Shown here piece by piece: positions 31,762-42,467 of a DNA stretch of 64,000 bases; position 1 is the stretch's first letter, and every line of letters starts with the position of its first letter. The stretch is from NCBI GenBank assembly GCA_965116875.1, contig OZ220733.1, forward strand, positions 992,001-1,056,000, in the 5' to 3' direction. The stretch is from Candidatus Latescibacterota bacterium (lineage in GTDB: Bacteria > Latescibacterota > UBA2968 > GCA-2709665). The position numbers and the translations under genes are program-made. The notes under the pieces are model-generated. The model had not been told where the DNA came from. It made no database searches and saw only the letters and a list, made by a program, of their open reading frames with translations.

Positions 31762-34134
31762 TCACAGCCCGTATCCTCCCCGGCGATGTTCGACCTTTAT
31801 CTGCGGAAAGTCCTTGATATTGAGCTTGAAATGGAATCCCTTGTTGAATCCGGTTGGGTACCAGCTGAACGTGGCCTGCCAGCAGTGAAGGTCCCTGTTT
31901 ACGTAAATCGTCTGGGAAATCAGCCGGGTGTCAATCACGTCGAAGTTGACGGAATAATTGAAGCGCCAGGCGCGCGTGGGATTCAATGCCAGGTCTGCCT
32001 TTACCCACGAGCGCTTCGATGATCCGAATCCCGCGGCGAAAGACTCCCGATAGCTGAAATAATGTCCCACGTTGAAATGCCACGGCCGGGTTGCATCTCC
32101 GAAGTCACGGTAGACGTCGTCTTCAAAATTGAATCCTGTACCTGATACAGGAAACATGGACCGGTCGCTTCGGATTGGATCCGATCTCCGATCGGTACGT
32201 CCGCTGAAACGAAGGCTGGTGTTGACGCTGAGGCTGCGCAGGCGCGGGTGATACAGGTCCAGACGTCCCAACGCGTCGTAGAACGTGTGGCCCATGTTGA
32301 GTCGAACGTCGATCCGCCGGGCGGGCTTTATCGAGGCTGAGGTACGCAGATCGCGCCATCGACGCGTCGGATTGGCGTCGAAATCGTATCCCGTTGAGAA
32401 ACTGGCCGTTGCGAGTGTGGATCGTCGTTCTTTTCCGTCCACTTCAGTTTTGATTTCGAGTGTGTTGTTGAGTCGCATGGTAAGGGTACGTCTGGGATCG
32501 TTCCAGTCCCGCCGGCCCTGGAAGCCGAGGGTTGCGCCATCAACCCGTGCGGTCTGGTAGTACCTGAGGTCGAACTGGGGCTGAAACCGGTGGCGGAACC
32601 CTCTCAGCCGTCCAATCTGCGGCCTGAAGATACCATATAGCGAGGTGCCGGCGGCCAGGCTGGCGTTGTAAGACTCCCGGCGCGTCCGTGTGTCCGCGTT
32701 CGGGCGCGAGGAGCTCTGACTGACGTTGAACCGTTGTGTGAGATCCAGCCACCCGAAGGGCTTGTGCTGGCTGCTGGCTCCCAACCTGGCATTGAACGAC
32801 AGATTGTGCGTGTTGTCGTCCGCGTCCTCATTGCGCGTGAAGGCATTCGTCAGACCCGCGGAAGCGTCGTAATAGAAGGCGTGGTACCAGAGGGCGTCCC
32901 GGTTTGATTCGGGCTGACCGAAAATGCGACGCCTGCCCTGACGGAACGAGAGGCGGGGGAACCCCTGAAACCGGTTCTGGTTCTTATCGAGGTCCCTGTA
33001 GTAGTTAAGGTTGATATCCATGCTTCGCCTGGCTTCCGACCAGCGCTTGTCCATGGAAAAAGACGACCGGAGTTGCCGGTTCAGGTACCGATAGAGGTTG
33101 CTGGAATTGTGGAGGTCGAAGTTGGAACTGTTCGTGAAGTCCCCTCTGGCCCTCATATTGAGCGTCGGGTTCAGCCGGTGTTGGTGGTGGAAGTTCAATC
33201 GCCAGGCCCGGCGTGAATCGCCCGACGGCTGTCGCCCGCGTTCAAAGGACAGATTCATATATCCGCTGAGTCGTCTCCGCACCGCGTAGTCGATCCCTGC
33301 ATCAATGAGAAAACCGTTGCGTTCCCGAAGGGCCGTCTTCAACGTGGCATCCCAGTAGTCGCTGGGCGCCCAGTAATAACCGATGTTGTTAATGTTTATG
33401 CCGTCGCGGCTGTTGCTGCCGATCCGGGGTGTCAGAATCCCGGAGCGCCTGCCTTGCGTGAGCGGAAACACGTAGTACGGGAGCCACATCAGCGGGACGG
33501 GACCCACTCGAAACGTAACGGACCGGGCGATGGCCTTGTCATCCTGAACCACCTTCAGCGCGCGACACACGAAGTCGTAGTGGGTGTGGTCCCTGTCGCA
33601 CGAGGACATGGAGATCGCAAGGGCGTGAAGTTCGTGCTGCCGATCCAGGAGAATCTTCTCGCCTCTGTAATAACGCCTGCCGTGACGCGCCCGGCCGCCC
33701 TTCACGCGGCCGCGCCCGGTTTCCAGGTTGTAAACCATTGACGAGCCTGTGAATCGCTCGGTACCGCGGACGAACTCGGGCACGCCAATGGTCTTCCTTC
33801 CGGTGGAGTCCGGCAGCCCCTCGGCTTCCAGCCTCTTTGCCTTCCGGTGGAGGACAATTCGTCCGGCGCGCAGCTCGACGTCCTTATACGTGAGGACGAC
33901 GTTACCCGTGAAAACGACGCGTCCTGCTGCGATATCATCCTCGACCCGGTCGGCCGCGTACTCATAGAGCAGGGAGTCCTGCGCCGACGTATCTCGCCGG
34001 ACGGTAAGCGGACCGGGCTCCATTCGCGCAATGGCCGAATCGACCTGGAACAGCAACAGGAATAAGAGCGGGCCGGAAAACCGGCGGTACGCCCTCCAGA
34101 TTGCAGTTGCCGGCTTTGAGTGTCTCAAGTTCAT
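31762..34134 (-). CDS. lptD: LPS-assembly outer membrane protein LptD (FCB-type)
   Basis: OstA-like N-terminus, RRSGILTP, GYYWAPSDYWD, beta-barrel pattern, C-terminal RDLHCW. Start uncertain. Confidence 0.85.
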   Translation of the reverse strand: MNLRHSKPATAIWRAYRRFSGPLLFLLLFQVDSAIARMEPGPLTVRRDTSAQDSLLYEYAADRVEDDIAAGRVVFTGNVVLTYKDVELRAGRIVLHRKAKRLEAEGLPDSTGRKTIGVPEFVRGTERFTGSSMVYNLETGRGRVKGGRARHGRRYYRGEKILLDRQHELHALAISMSSCDRDHTHYDFVCRALKVVQDDKAIARSVTFRVGPVPLMWLPYYVFPLTQGRRSGILTPRIGSNSRDGININNIGYYWAPSDYWDATLKTALRERNGFLIDAGIDYAVRRRLSGYMNLSFERGRQPSGDSRRAWRLNFHHQHRLNPTLNMRARGDFTNSSNFDLHNSSNLYRYLNRQLRSSFSMDKRWSEARRSMDINLNYYRDLDKNQNRFQGFPRLSFRQGRRRIFGQPESNRDALWYHAFYYDASAGLTNAFTRNEDADDNTHNLSFNARLGASSQHKPFGWLDLTQRFNVSQSSSRPNADTRTRRESYNASLAAGTSLYGIFRPQIGRLRGFRHRFQPQFDLRYYQTARVDGATLGFQGRRDWNDPRRTLTMRLNNTLEIKTEVDGKERRSTLATASFSTGYDFDANPTRRWRDLRTSASIKPARRIDVRLNMGHTFYDALGRLDLYHPRLRSLSVNTSLRFSGRTDRRSDPIRSDRSMFPVSGTGFNFEDDVYRDFGDATRPWHFNVGHYFSYRESFAAGFGSSKRSWVKADLALNPTRAWRFNYSVNFDVIDTRLISQTIYVNRDLHCWQATFSWYPTGFNKGFHFKLNIKDFPQIKVEHRRGGYGL

Positions 34135-34315
34135 ATTCTCGGGCCGCGGTCTGTATCCTGAATTGGCGGGGAGGAGTCCGGGCGCGTAAAACACCTGCCA
34201 ATCTGCGGAAGGATCGTTGCACGTCCTGTTTGGGCCGCGAAGAACCGTCTTCGAAATCACGATTCGTACCGCGTCTCGTCCGCACGCTCCAGCGTTCCGC
34301 AAGAGACGATTGCAG

Positions 34316-34345
34316 TTGACTTTTCCGTGTTTTTCGCGTTACTTT
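34316..34345 (+). promoter_or_regulatory. Candidate sigma-70 promoter of tRNA-Leu
   Basis: TTGACT-N18-TACTTT about 25 bp upstream of the tRNA 5' end. Confidence 0.5.
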
Positions 34346-34369
34346 TAGGGTTAACTCATTACCAATATT

Positions 34370-34455
34370 GCGGAAGTGGTGGAATTGGCAGACACGTCAG
34401 ATTTAGGATCTGGTGGGCATTGCCCGTGGGGGTTCGAGTCCCCCCTTCCGCACCA
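34370..34455 (+). tRNA. tRNA-Leu (anticodon TAG)
   Basis: GCGGAAG/CTTCCGC acceptor stem, D-loop GGAATTGGCAGAC, anticodon arm TCAGA-TTTAGGA-TCTGG, long variable arm, GGTTCGAGTCC, encoded CCA. Confidence 0.96.
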
Positions 34456-34638
34456 CTGTTGAAGCCGGACGGCGGGCTCCGACGATTCGGGCCGTGCGTT
34501 GCTGTGTTTCTGGCGCACGGCTTTTCTTTTGTACAGGAAACAGACGGCGCTGCCGGCTGTCGGTTGCGTAATGAATATTCCGTTTTTCGGAAAGTGAGTC
34601 AAGCCGAATTCTGAAAACATGAACCCCACGGAGGGACC

Positions 34639-35925
34639 ATGGATCAGCTTGCGTTCCTGACCGAGGAGAGTATCCGGGAGATCCGGCGCCGGTTTGGCAC
34701 GCCTGTTTTCGTCTATGACCAGGAAACGTTGGAGGCTCGTGCCAGGGAGGTCCTGGATTTCCCGAATGCGTACGGATTGACCGCCCGATACGCGATGAAG
34801 GCCCTGCCAACGGCGGCGGTCGTGAGAATACTGAACCGGGCGGGCATGCACATCGATGCCAGCAGCGGATATGAAGTGGAACGCGCCATCCGGTCCGGCG
34901 TCTCTCCGGATCAGATCCAGCTCACCACACAGCGTACGCCCCGGAATCTGGAGTTCCTGGTGAGGCAGGGAGTCATCTTCAACGCCTGTTCGCTGCAGCA
35001 GCTGAGGCACTACGGCGAACTGTTTCCGGGCCGTTCCGTAACGGTACGAATCAACCCGGGTCTTGGATCCGGGCACAGCAAAAAGACCAACGTGGGCGGC
35101 CCGTCCGCCAGTTTCGGGATCTGGCACGAACATCTGGACGAAGTACTCGCCATCGCCCGGGACTGCAATCTGAAGATTTCGAGTATGCATACCCACATCG
35201 GTTCGGGCAGCGATCCCGAGGTCTGGGAGCACTGCGCGATGATTTCCCTGCGCATCGCTGCACAATTGCCGGAAGTGGAGGTGCTGAGCCTTGGGGGCGG
35301 GTTTAAGGTGGGGCGTATGACAGGGGAGACGTCTACCGACCTGAATCGGATCGGAATGCACGTAATTGAAGCGTTCCGGGCCTTTCGGGCCGAACATGGG
35401 CGCAGACTCAGGCTGGAGGTCGAACCCGGCACCTTTCTGGTGGCCAACGCGGGGGCGCTGGTCTGTTCGGTCATCGACAGCGTCGATACAGGCAGGAACG
35501 GGTTCGAATTCCTGAAAGCAGACGCGGGAATGACCGAGCTGTTGCGCATCAGCCTCTATGGCGCACAGCACCCCATTGTGACCGTGCCCGCGCAGCCGGA
35601 GACACGGCAACTGAGGGAATATCTGGTTGCGGGCCACTGCTGTGAGAGCGGAGACGTGCTGACACCGGCGCCGGGAGATCCGGAAGGATTGCAGCCCCGG
35701 CTTCTTGCCGAGGCGAGGACGGGCGATCTGCTGGCGGTGGGCGGGTCCGGCGCGTACTGTTCCGGCATGGCATCAAAGAACTATAACTCGTTTCCGGAAG
35801 CCGCCGAGGTGCTGCAGGCCCCGGATGGCACGCTGCACCTGATCAGGAAACGGCAGACACTGGACCAGATCACGGCGAACGAAGTGATTCCGGACTTCCT
35901 TGATACCGGTTTAAACCCGCACTAA
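34639..35925 (+). CDS. lysA: Diaminopimelate decarboxylase
   Basis: GTPVFVYD, YAMKA (PLP Lys), HTHIGSG, LGGGF, EPGTFLV, GHCCESGD, GAY. Confidence 0.93.
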   Translation: MDQLAFLTEESIREIRRRFGTPVFVYDQETLEARAREVLDFPNAYGLTARYAMKALPTAAVVRILNRAGMHIDASSGYEVERAIRSGVSPDQIQLTTQRTPRNLEFLVRQGVIFNACSLQQLRHYGELFPGRSVTVRINPGLGSGHSKKTNVGGPSASFGIWHEHLDEVLAIARDCNLKISSMHTHIGSGSDPEVWEHCAMISLRIAAQLPEVEVLSLGGGFKVGRMTGETSTDLNRIGMHVIEAFRAFRAEHGRRLRLEVEPGTFLVANAGALVCSVIDSVDTGRNGFEFLKADAGMTELLRISLYGAQHPIVTVPAQPETRQLREYLVAGHCCESGDVLTPAPGDPEGLQPRLLAEARTGDLLAVGGSGAYCSGMASKNYNSFPEAAEVLQAPDGTLHLIRKRQTLDQITANEVIPDFLDTGLNPH

Positions 35926-37781
35926 TCAGATACCTGATAGCTGTAGAGGTGGGACCCGCTTCCAAAGTATATCCGGCCGTCCAGGATGTCGCCACCCGGT
36001 CCTACGGGTACGGGCGATTCAGCCGGCATCCGTATTTCGTGCGTATCGGGTTCCACGATGGCGATACCCTTCGTGAAGAGGATGAAAATGGCGCCGTCCG
36101 GCGCGGTAACAAAAACCCTTGGGCCCTGCTGTGACGTCGTGGGCCCGAATTCGGCGTCGAGTTCCCGCTGGTGGACCACCTGTCTGTCGCCGGGATCGAA
36201 GACGAAAAAGCGCCTGCGGTCGGCGATCCCGTACACGACGCCGCTCGGGCCAGGGCACATATCGGTATACCCCTGGACGCCGGGGAAGACGGCCGCGTGC
36301 CAATCGAGCCGTTTCGTTTCCATATCCATAATATAGAGCTCCGCTTCGTCGGCCTTCTGTTCGCCGCCGGTGCCCGCACTGGTCGTCGTGCCGCCCAGCA
36401 GCCCGCCACCGGGCAGGGGAACCAGGCTCATGGTGGACTGGTCTGGCAGGACGTCGGTATGTTCCAGCAGCGTATGTTCACGGGTCTGCCTGTCCCAGAA
36501 CAGCAGCCCGCCGCCGGTAAGCCCGTACCCGGGGGTGCCGGCGAGCACGACGGTTCTTCCGTCCGGATGGGCAAGCAGCATGTGAGGGCGGTTGATGACC
36601 TCGTGGCATTCGTATAGCAGTTCCGGGTTGCAGCCCGCCTTGTCACGCTCGGTGCGCACCCACGGCTGCGCCGGGTCCCACTCCTCCAGGAGACCGTGTG
36701 TATATGCGCCGATGAAGAACATGTCGCCTTCTCTGGCGACGGTATTCCACTGTCCCAGCGCCGGACGGTTGATCCAGCTGCCGGTTTCCGGGTTGAAGCT
36801 GAAGAAGTGCATGGGGAATGCGGTTCCGCCGCAGATGGTATTGTCCGGAGCGGTGGCCACCCCCATGATGTGGGCGCCTTCGCTGGAGTAGTCGAAGGAC
36901 ACTTCGCGGGTCTCGCCGGTTCCGGGGTCCGCAACGGCCAGCGTGCGTTCCACGAGGCTGCACGAGACCATGCGTTTGCCGTCGGGAAAATCCGTGTGGA
37001 ACAGCCCCTGGCTGCCGGCAATGAAGGGTTTCTCACTTCTGTTTTCAATCTCTCCGATATCCGTCCGGTTTCCGCGATACAACTCCAACCAACCGTCCTC
37101 CGAACCGCCGCTGGTGTGCCCGTACACCTTCCCGTTCAGGTCGCGGTACACGGACGCATGGGCCTGGGTTCGTTCGCCTTCCGCCAGAAGCGGTTCCGCA
37201 CTTCCGCTCTCGGGGTCCAGGGAGATAATCTGACTGGCCGTGCTGCCGATGCCGAAATAGATCCAGCCGGTATCGTCAGCGGCGATTGCCCGGGGATACT
37301 GACGCCAGTTCTGGTCGTAGAGGTTTCCGTAGTCGCGAAACTCGCCGGTACCGGGGTGGTAGGATGCGACCGCACTGTTCGGATACGTTCCCGACCAGAT
37401 GCGTCCGTCGTCGTCCTCGGTCATGCTCATGGCCATCTGCGGCACGGTCTTGTGGAAGAACGTGAACGCGCGCTTCCCGGGGTCGAATTCGACGAAGTGG
37501 CTGTTGAAGTGCGTGTAATATCTGTTTTGGCTGGACAGGATGGCGGCAAACGGGCCGTCTCCGCCCGGCGGATAGGGCATGGGGAATTCGTCGGCCATAC
37601 CGGTTTCGGCGTCGATCATCAGCAGCGCGTATCCGCCCCGGTGGTCGTAAAGCCAGATCAGGACCACGTTGCGGCCCTCGCCGTCCACGGCAACGGTTGT
37701 ACCGCGATGGTTGCTGACGGGCGTGGCGACGCCGTGATGAAAGAAACCGTTACCCATCGCTTCGGTATTGGAACCAGACAT
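35922..37781 (-). CDS. Beta-propeller repeat protein (PQQ/Vgb-like), no signal peptide
   Basis: Repeated D/P-D-G-x-I-W/Y-x-G and F/YDP blade motifs over ~620 aa; GGAGG RBS. Confidence 0.75.
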   Translation of the reverse strand: MSGSNTEAMGNGFFHHGVATPVSNHRGTTVAVDGEGRNVVLIWLYDHRGGYALLMIDAETGMADEFPMPYPPGGDGPFAAILSSQNRYYTHFNSHFVEFDPGKRAFTFFHKTVPQMAMSMTEDDDGRIWSGTYPNSAVASYHPGTGEFRDYGNLYDQNWRQYPRAIAADDTGWIYFGIGSTASQIISLDPESGSAEPLLAEGERTQAHASVYRDLNGKVYGHTSGGSEDGWLELYRGNRTDIGEIENRSEKPFIAGSQGLFHTDFPDGKRMVSCSLVERTLAVADPGTGETREVSFDYSSEGAHIMGVATAPDNTICGGTAFPMHFFSFNPETGSWINRPALGQWNTVAREGDMFFIGAYTHGLLEEWDPAQPWVRTERDKAGCNPELLYECHEVINRPHMLLAHPDGRTVVLAGTPGYGLTGGGLLFWDRQTREHTLLEHTDVLPDQSTMSLVPLPGGGLLGGTTTSAGTGGEQKADEAELYIMDMETKRLDWHAAVFPGVQGYTDMCPGPSGVVYGIADRRRFFVFDPGDRQVVHQRELDAEFGPTTSQQGPRVFVTAPDGAIFILFTKGIAIVEPDTHEIRMPAESPVPVGPGGDILDGRIYFGSGSHLYSYQVSD

Positions 37782-37987
37782 GGGATTGCCTCCGTTGGGT
37801 TTTCCTGCAGGATTCCGGAGCGGTTGGACCACGCGGGCGGTATTGTCCGATCCGACTGAATATAACATCCGGAACGCGACGGAAAAACCGGTTTTCGACG
37901 AGGATTCCCAATGTCCCGGACGGATGTCCAGGCGCATGTATCGGGATTCACGGGGGGAAAAGAAGAGAGGCCTGCAACAGCGGTCCT

Positions 37988-39442
37988 TCAGGCGCCGCAA
38001 GCCGGCAGGTTCCTGACGGAAACGACTCTGGCGGAGGAATCGCGGACGCGGGGAATGGACCGGATTTGCGTGAGCGCGAGTGTAAATGCGGCTTCCGGAT
38101 CGACGGCCGCCAGGAGCCCGCAGGCGTAGAGAATGTGTCTTCGATCCAGCATCAACCGCGACCTTCCCGGATTCAGCGAGAATGGATCGCGGGAATCCGC
38201 GAGGGCCATTTCGAGGATTTCTTCCGGCCGTTCCGACACGGTCAGAGCACCTCCCGTACCCACGACGGCGTTGACGTCGGACAGGTCTTTGCCGCGCTGC
38301 ACAACGACCGGCCCGTTGGCCGAACGGACGGCTTCAACCGTACCGGTATGCCGGCCAACGGCAATGCGAACCGCCGCGCGGGCAAGGGCGTGGTCGACCT
38401 TCCTCCCTTCGATATCGTCCTGCAGCCGTGCCGGGCACGCGTCGAGCGCGCCCACGTTTGATTTCACCCTGGCGACGGGCAGACCGGAGTCGGAGGCGAC
38501 GGCCTTCAGGCCCGCGGCTTCCAGCAACGACGTTGCATTTCGCCGCAGTCCCAGGTCCCCCTCTACCGTCCGCTTTGCGCGGGGTTCGGGAAACGGGTCG
38601 GCCGAAACGCTGCCCAGTGTGGATTCCCCCGTGCAAATGGAGTGGACGTCCGTCGTTGCGCCGCCGACGTCGACCGCCACAAGCGTCCCTGCCCCGGGGC
38701 GCCGACCGTCGCCGTCCGCCAGGAGCCGCGCGCCTTCCAGGACGGCGGCGGGGGTGGGCATCAGAACCAGATCGAACATTCCACGGGCGCGATCAATCCC
38801 TTTCACCCTGGCGATTCGATCGATGAAGACGCGCCGGATTTCATCGCGGGCGGGCTCAACGTTCAGCACGCCGTATGACGGCATTACGTTTTCGGTTACC
38901 AGAACCGGCTTGCCCGCGGCCTTGAGTACGCCGCTGATCCTGTCGGAGGCGGACCGGTTTCCCGCAACCACGACCGGACAACGGATCGGAAGATCTGCCA
39001 GCGTCCTCGCATTGGCGACGATTGCCTCGCTGTTTCCACCGTCCGTACCGCCGGCAAGCAGAATGATATCCGGATCGAGGCGCAGGATCCTGTGGGCGTT
39101 CTCGCGGGTCAGTTCATGCGCGAACGTGTCGATCAGCCTGGCCCCCGCGCCCAGCGCTGCCCGGCGCGCCGCCTCGGCTGTCAATTCGCGAACCAGGCCG
39201 ACGGTAACCAGCCGGAGACCGCCTGCCGCGCTGCTGCAGGCCAATCTGTAGCGGAAGCGCGTCTTTTCACCCAGGAACCGGTGCAGGGCATCCAGCGCTT
39301 CGGTAAATCCCATCGCAACGTCGGTCTCCGCCGTGGAACACGCTTCACTGGCCGCCAGAAGTCGACCGCGCCTCAGGTCGACGGCCCTCAGTTTGGTACA
39401 GATACTTCCGAAATCGATGAGCAGTGCAACCGGCGCACTCAT
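37988..39442 (-). CDS. glmL: Glutamate mutase accessory/reactivating protein GlmL (MutL)
   Basis: IDFGS..TK, CSSAAGGL, LAGGTDGGN, MPTPAAV, DVGGATTDVHS, KRTVEGDLG, GTGG. Confidence 0.9.
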   Translation of the reverse strand: MSAPVALLIDFGSICTKLRAVDLRRGRLLAASEACSTAETDVAMGFTEALDALHRFLGEKTRFRYRLACSSAAGGLRLVTVGLVRELTAEAARRAALGAGARLIDTFAHELTRENAHRILRLDPDIILLAGGTDGGNSEAIVANARTLADLPIRCPVVVAGNRSASDRISGVLKAAGKPVLVTENVMPSYGVLNVEPARDEIRRVFIDRIARVKGIDRARGMFDLVLMPTPAAVLEGARLLADGDGRRPGAGTLVAVDVGGATTDVHSICTGESTLGSVSADPFPEPRAKRTVEGDLGLRRNATSLLEAAGLKAVASDSGLPVARVKSNVGALDACPARLQDDIEGRKVDHALARAAVRIAVGRHTGTVEAVRSANGPVVVQRGKDLSDVNAVVGTGGALTVSERPEEILEMALADSRDPFSLNPGRSRLMLDRRHILYACGLLAAVDPEAAFTLALTQIRSIPRVRDSSARVVSVRNLPACGA

Positions 39443-39900
39443 GGATGGCCCGTGTGAAATCCGCTGGCGCGCGCCAGGAGGTCGCATTCGAGCGCGGAGA
39501 CGATGTCGTCCGTACCCGTACCGGAAGGAAAAGCCCTGTCGAATCCCGTATTCAGGACTCGTTTTTCCGCGGCGCGCCAGTCCTCTGTACTGTCATCCGG
39601 GTTACCGATGAAATAGACCGGAATCTCTCCCATACCCGCTTCGATACAAATCTCACGGAAGCCGCGACAGTCGAGTTCGCCGCGTCCGTGCAACGAGTAA
39701 ACGAGGATGCCTTGTGCATTGGTTTCGACAGCCGCATTGACGAAATCAGCGGGGGGAGAATAGGAGGCGAGGGACACGACGTTGTATCCCATTGCTTCCA
39801 GGGCGTGGCAAGGAATCCGCGTATCCGCTGTCTGGCGGTCCAATCCTATCGCCGCGGCAACAAGCGTCTTCGAAATCATGGACTGCAACGGACGCTTCAA
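39439..39900 (-). CDS. Glutamate mutase sigma (B12-binding) subunit homolog with degenerate cobalamin motif
   Basis: Aligns with the GlmS/MamA pattern (IG.D..., DFVNAAVETNA, SL.G.GELDC, GFDR.F); stop overlaps the glmL start. DxHxxG is replaced by DRQTAD. Confidence 0.8.
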   Translation of the reverse strand: MKRPLQSMISKTLVAAAIGLDRQTADTRIPCHALEAMGYNVVSLASYSPPADFVNAAVETNAQGILVYSLHGRGELDCRGFREICIEAGMGEIPVYFIGNPDDSTEDWRAAEKRVLNTGFDRAFPSGTGTDDIVSALECDLLARASGFHTGHP

Positions 39901-39942
39901 GTCGTCTCCACGCGAAGCCGGATCAGCCCGCAGGCGGGCGCG

Positions 39943-41139
39943 TTATCCGTGTGACCGCGCCTGCTGACGCACGATGCGGCTCAGATGGGCGAGGCGGACC
40001 CGCCCAACCTGGGGGTATACGGGCAGGAACAGGAGTTGCGGTCCAAGCGTCATTGCGGAGGTTGGCACCTGGCCCGGCAGATTCCGATCGGGCTCGACCA
40101 CGCATAAGGACGGTGGCCACAGATGTGCGTCAAGGCCTGAATCCCAGAGCCGGCGGCACAGGTCTGCCGCGTTGCCGACCCTGACGACGAAGAGCCAGTA
40201 GGAGTGATCCGCGCGTTGACCCGGGTAGCAGAGTTCCGGAACGCTGCGAAGAAATGCCAGGGCTTCCGGCCGGCAGCCCGTGGGTCTGCGGGCGCTGGAA
40301 TGCAGACGCCGCGACAGCAGGTCCAGGAGGGCGCTGCAGGGCTGGCGGCGGATTTTCCCGAGCAGTTCCAGTCCTCTGAAACCGCGTGTCGCGCGGTATC
40401 CCACGGCATCGTGCGACCTGCCCAACAGGCGGCACGCGGCGCATAGAAGGGTATACGGCCCCGGCCTGTTGAGCAGCAGAACGACGCCGTACTTTGCCAG
40501 ACGCAGGAAGAACCACCCCTTGCTCTGCACGGGATAGCGGCTATGCAGCCGTCTGATTCCGTCTCGAAAGACGGGATCGCCCACAAAGAGAAGACCGCCG
40601 CCCAACGCGGTATTGTACTTGATTGGCCCGAAACTGAACATGCGTACGTCGCTGTCCGGATGACCCGTGAAGCCGTCACCCCAATGCGCCTGTGCGCAGT
40701 CTTCAAACAGCAAGAGACCGTGCATTCTGGCGAAGCGAACCAGTGGTTCCATCGGGATTCGGGCGCCGAACAGGTGGGTCGCCAGAAGCGCGACCGTTCT
40801 GGACGTCAGGCCGCTGTTGAGGCTGTCCGGATCGGGCTCGAGCGTTAGTGGATCCAAATCGACCGGAATGGGCACGAGCCCGTGGCTCCGGATGATTTCG
40901 AGTATGTCGGGAATGGTGATGGCGGACACCAGAATGTGCGAACCGAGGGGAAACCGGGCTTCCCGGAGACAGGCATCGAAGCCGCTGCGAAGCGAAAGAA
41001 AGAAAATGGCCTCGTCATGGTCTCCAGTACTCTCCCGGCAGGCGGCATGGCCTTCCGCGGGCCGGTCGCCGGAGAGGCATCGGCGCATGCCGAAGAGGAG
41101 ATCGCGCCAGCCGATATCGAGTCTTTTTCGAGGAATCAT
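39943..41139 (-). CDS. DegT/DnrJ/EryC1/StrS-like PLP-dependent aminotransferase
   Basis: THLFG, FEDCAQA, FSFGPIK..TALGGG (PLP Lys). Confidence 0.85.
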   Translation of the reverse strand: MIPRKRLDIGWRDLLFGMRRCLSGDRPAEGHAACRESTGDHDEAIFFLSLRSGFDACLREARFPLGSHILVSAITIPDILEIIRSHGLVPIPVDLDPLTLEPDPDSLNSGLTSRTVALLATHLFGARIPMEPLVRFARMHGLLLFEDCAQAHWGDGFTGHPDSDVRMFSFGPIKYNTALGGGLLFVGDPVFRDGIRRLHSRYPVQSKGWFFLRLAKYGVVLLLNRPGPYTLLCAACRLLGRSHDAVGYRATRGFRGLELLGKIRRQPCSALLDLLSRRLHSSARRPTGCRPEALAFLRSVPELCYPGQRADHSYWLFVVRVGNAADLCRRLWDSGLDAHLWPPSLCVVEPDRNLPGQVPTSAMTLGPQLLFLPVYPQVGRVRLAHLSRIVRQQARSHG

Positions 41140-41492
41140 TGCCGATTCACACTTTCGCCGGCGCGGACGGCCGTGGTGAAGCCGTATGGAGGAACTGATT
41201 CCGCATCTGGCGAGCCTATCGTGGGATCGGGCCCGACCTTCCGGGCTCGAAGAATCCCGTTTCCTCAACGTCCGTGAACCTGCATCACGATTTCCTCCAT
41301 GATACCCATTTGCCGTTGCATCCTGCAACACATTCGTTGGCTTTGGTATTGCGATGCGGGAATGCCGAAGGGCGGCGGCAGCGACGCGGGAAGATTGATG
41401 GGTAGCGGGCATGTCTCCTCAGACCTCATCTCTTCTATGGAACAGAATCGTATACGATGGTTCTGGCGGAAATTCTCTTTCGAATCTCACGA

Positions 41493-42347
41493 TCAGACAG
41501 GCTCCCGTTCATCAGGCGCCTCGGCCCGCTCAGGATCAGCGCAGGGTTCGAGCGGCATCCCGTCGCGATTTGCCATCTGATTGAACCACCGCAAACCGAC
41601 CAGTGCCAGGACGATACCGCAGGCAAACAGCCACCAGGGAAGAAACTCCACAATATGCCAATCCCCGATGGGTCGGATCATTTCATAACGGACAGATATC
41701 AATGAGAGAGAATTGCTCAGCGCGTGACCGAATAGCGCGGGCATCAAAGAACCCGTCCGTACGACCCACCACGCAAATACGAGCCCCAGTATCAAAGATC
41801 CGGAAAACTGCCATGGATTCATATGCATCGCGGCGAACAGTACTGCAGACCACAAAATGGCGCGCCGGCGGGTACCGTGGGCTAACAGCCCGCCCAGAAT
41901 AACGCCTCTGCAGAGGACCTCCTCGGTAAGCGGCGCTTGAATCGCGAGAACGTAAAACGCGAGACCAAATGGTGTTTTGCTCCCCATTAGATCAATGAAT
42001 ATGGCGAGTATTTCTTCGGGGATTGGAATCAGGTATTGGACGAAAGTTGCAATGTTGGTCACGACAAGGCCCAAACCCGCAATGGAAACGGAAAGTGGCA
42101 GGTACATTTTCCACGGCACTGTCCTGAAAAGCAGGATGTCGGACCAGGGCCGACCGGATCGACGTTGCGCGTATAACACGATCAGAGCGAAGACGGGGAG
42201 GTTTAGAATCCATCCCAGGTAATCGAAGATTCGTGTCTCCTTGCCGGACGCGGCACCGAGGAAATGAAGCACCAACCCCAATGCTTGCGTTGCCACCACA
42301 AGCAAGACCACCAGCCAAACGGACTGCTTCAGATTCGGATACGCCAT
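41493..42347 (-). CDS. CPBP/Abi (CAAX-type II) intramembrane metalloprotease, paralog 1
   Basis: APLTEEVLCRG, FAAMH, GHALSN motifs; multiple TM helices. Confidence 0.9.
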   Translation of the reverse strand: MAYPNLKQSVWLVVLLVVATQALGLVLHFLGAASGKETRIFDYLGWILNLPVFALIVLYAQRRSGRPWSDILLFRTVPWKMYLPLSVSIAGLGLVVTNIATFVQYLIPIPEEILAIFIDLMGSKTPFGLAFYVLAIQAPLTEEVLCRGVILGGLLAHGTRRRAILWSAVLFAAMHMNPWQFSGSLILGLVFAWWVVRTGSLMPALFGHALSNSLSLISVRYEMIRPIGDWHIVEFLPWWLFACGIVLALVGLRWFNQMANRDGMPLEPCADPERAEAPDEREPV

Positions 42348-42467
42348 GTGATTCCTTCCCCCTGGGCGATCTGATGATCGGACGTTCAATCAACCGTACA
42401 TCCGTGGAGTTGAGCCCCCTATTCCACGCCGATACAGACTACACCCTTATGTTTACTGTAAAGCCGG

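Noticed and set aside
34370-35925. tRNA-Leu as an integration site for a genomic island
   Set aside because: It is followed by housekeeping lysA; no integrase and no duplicated tRNA 3' end were seen in the window.
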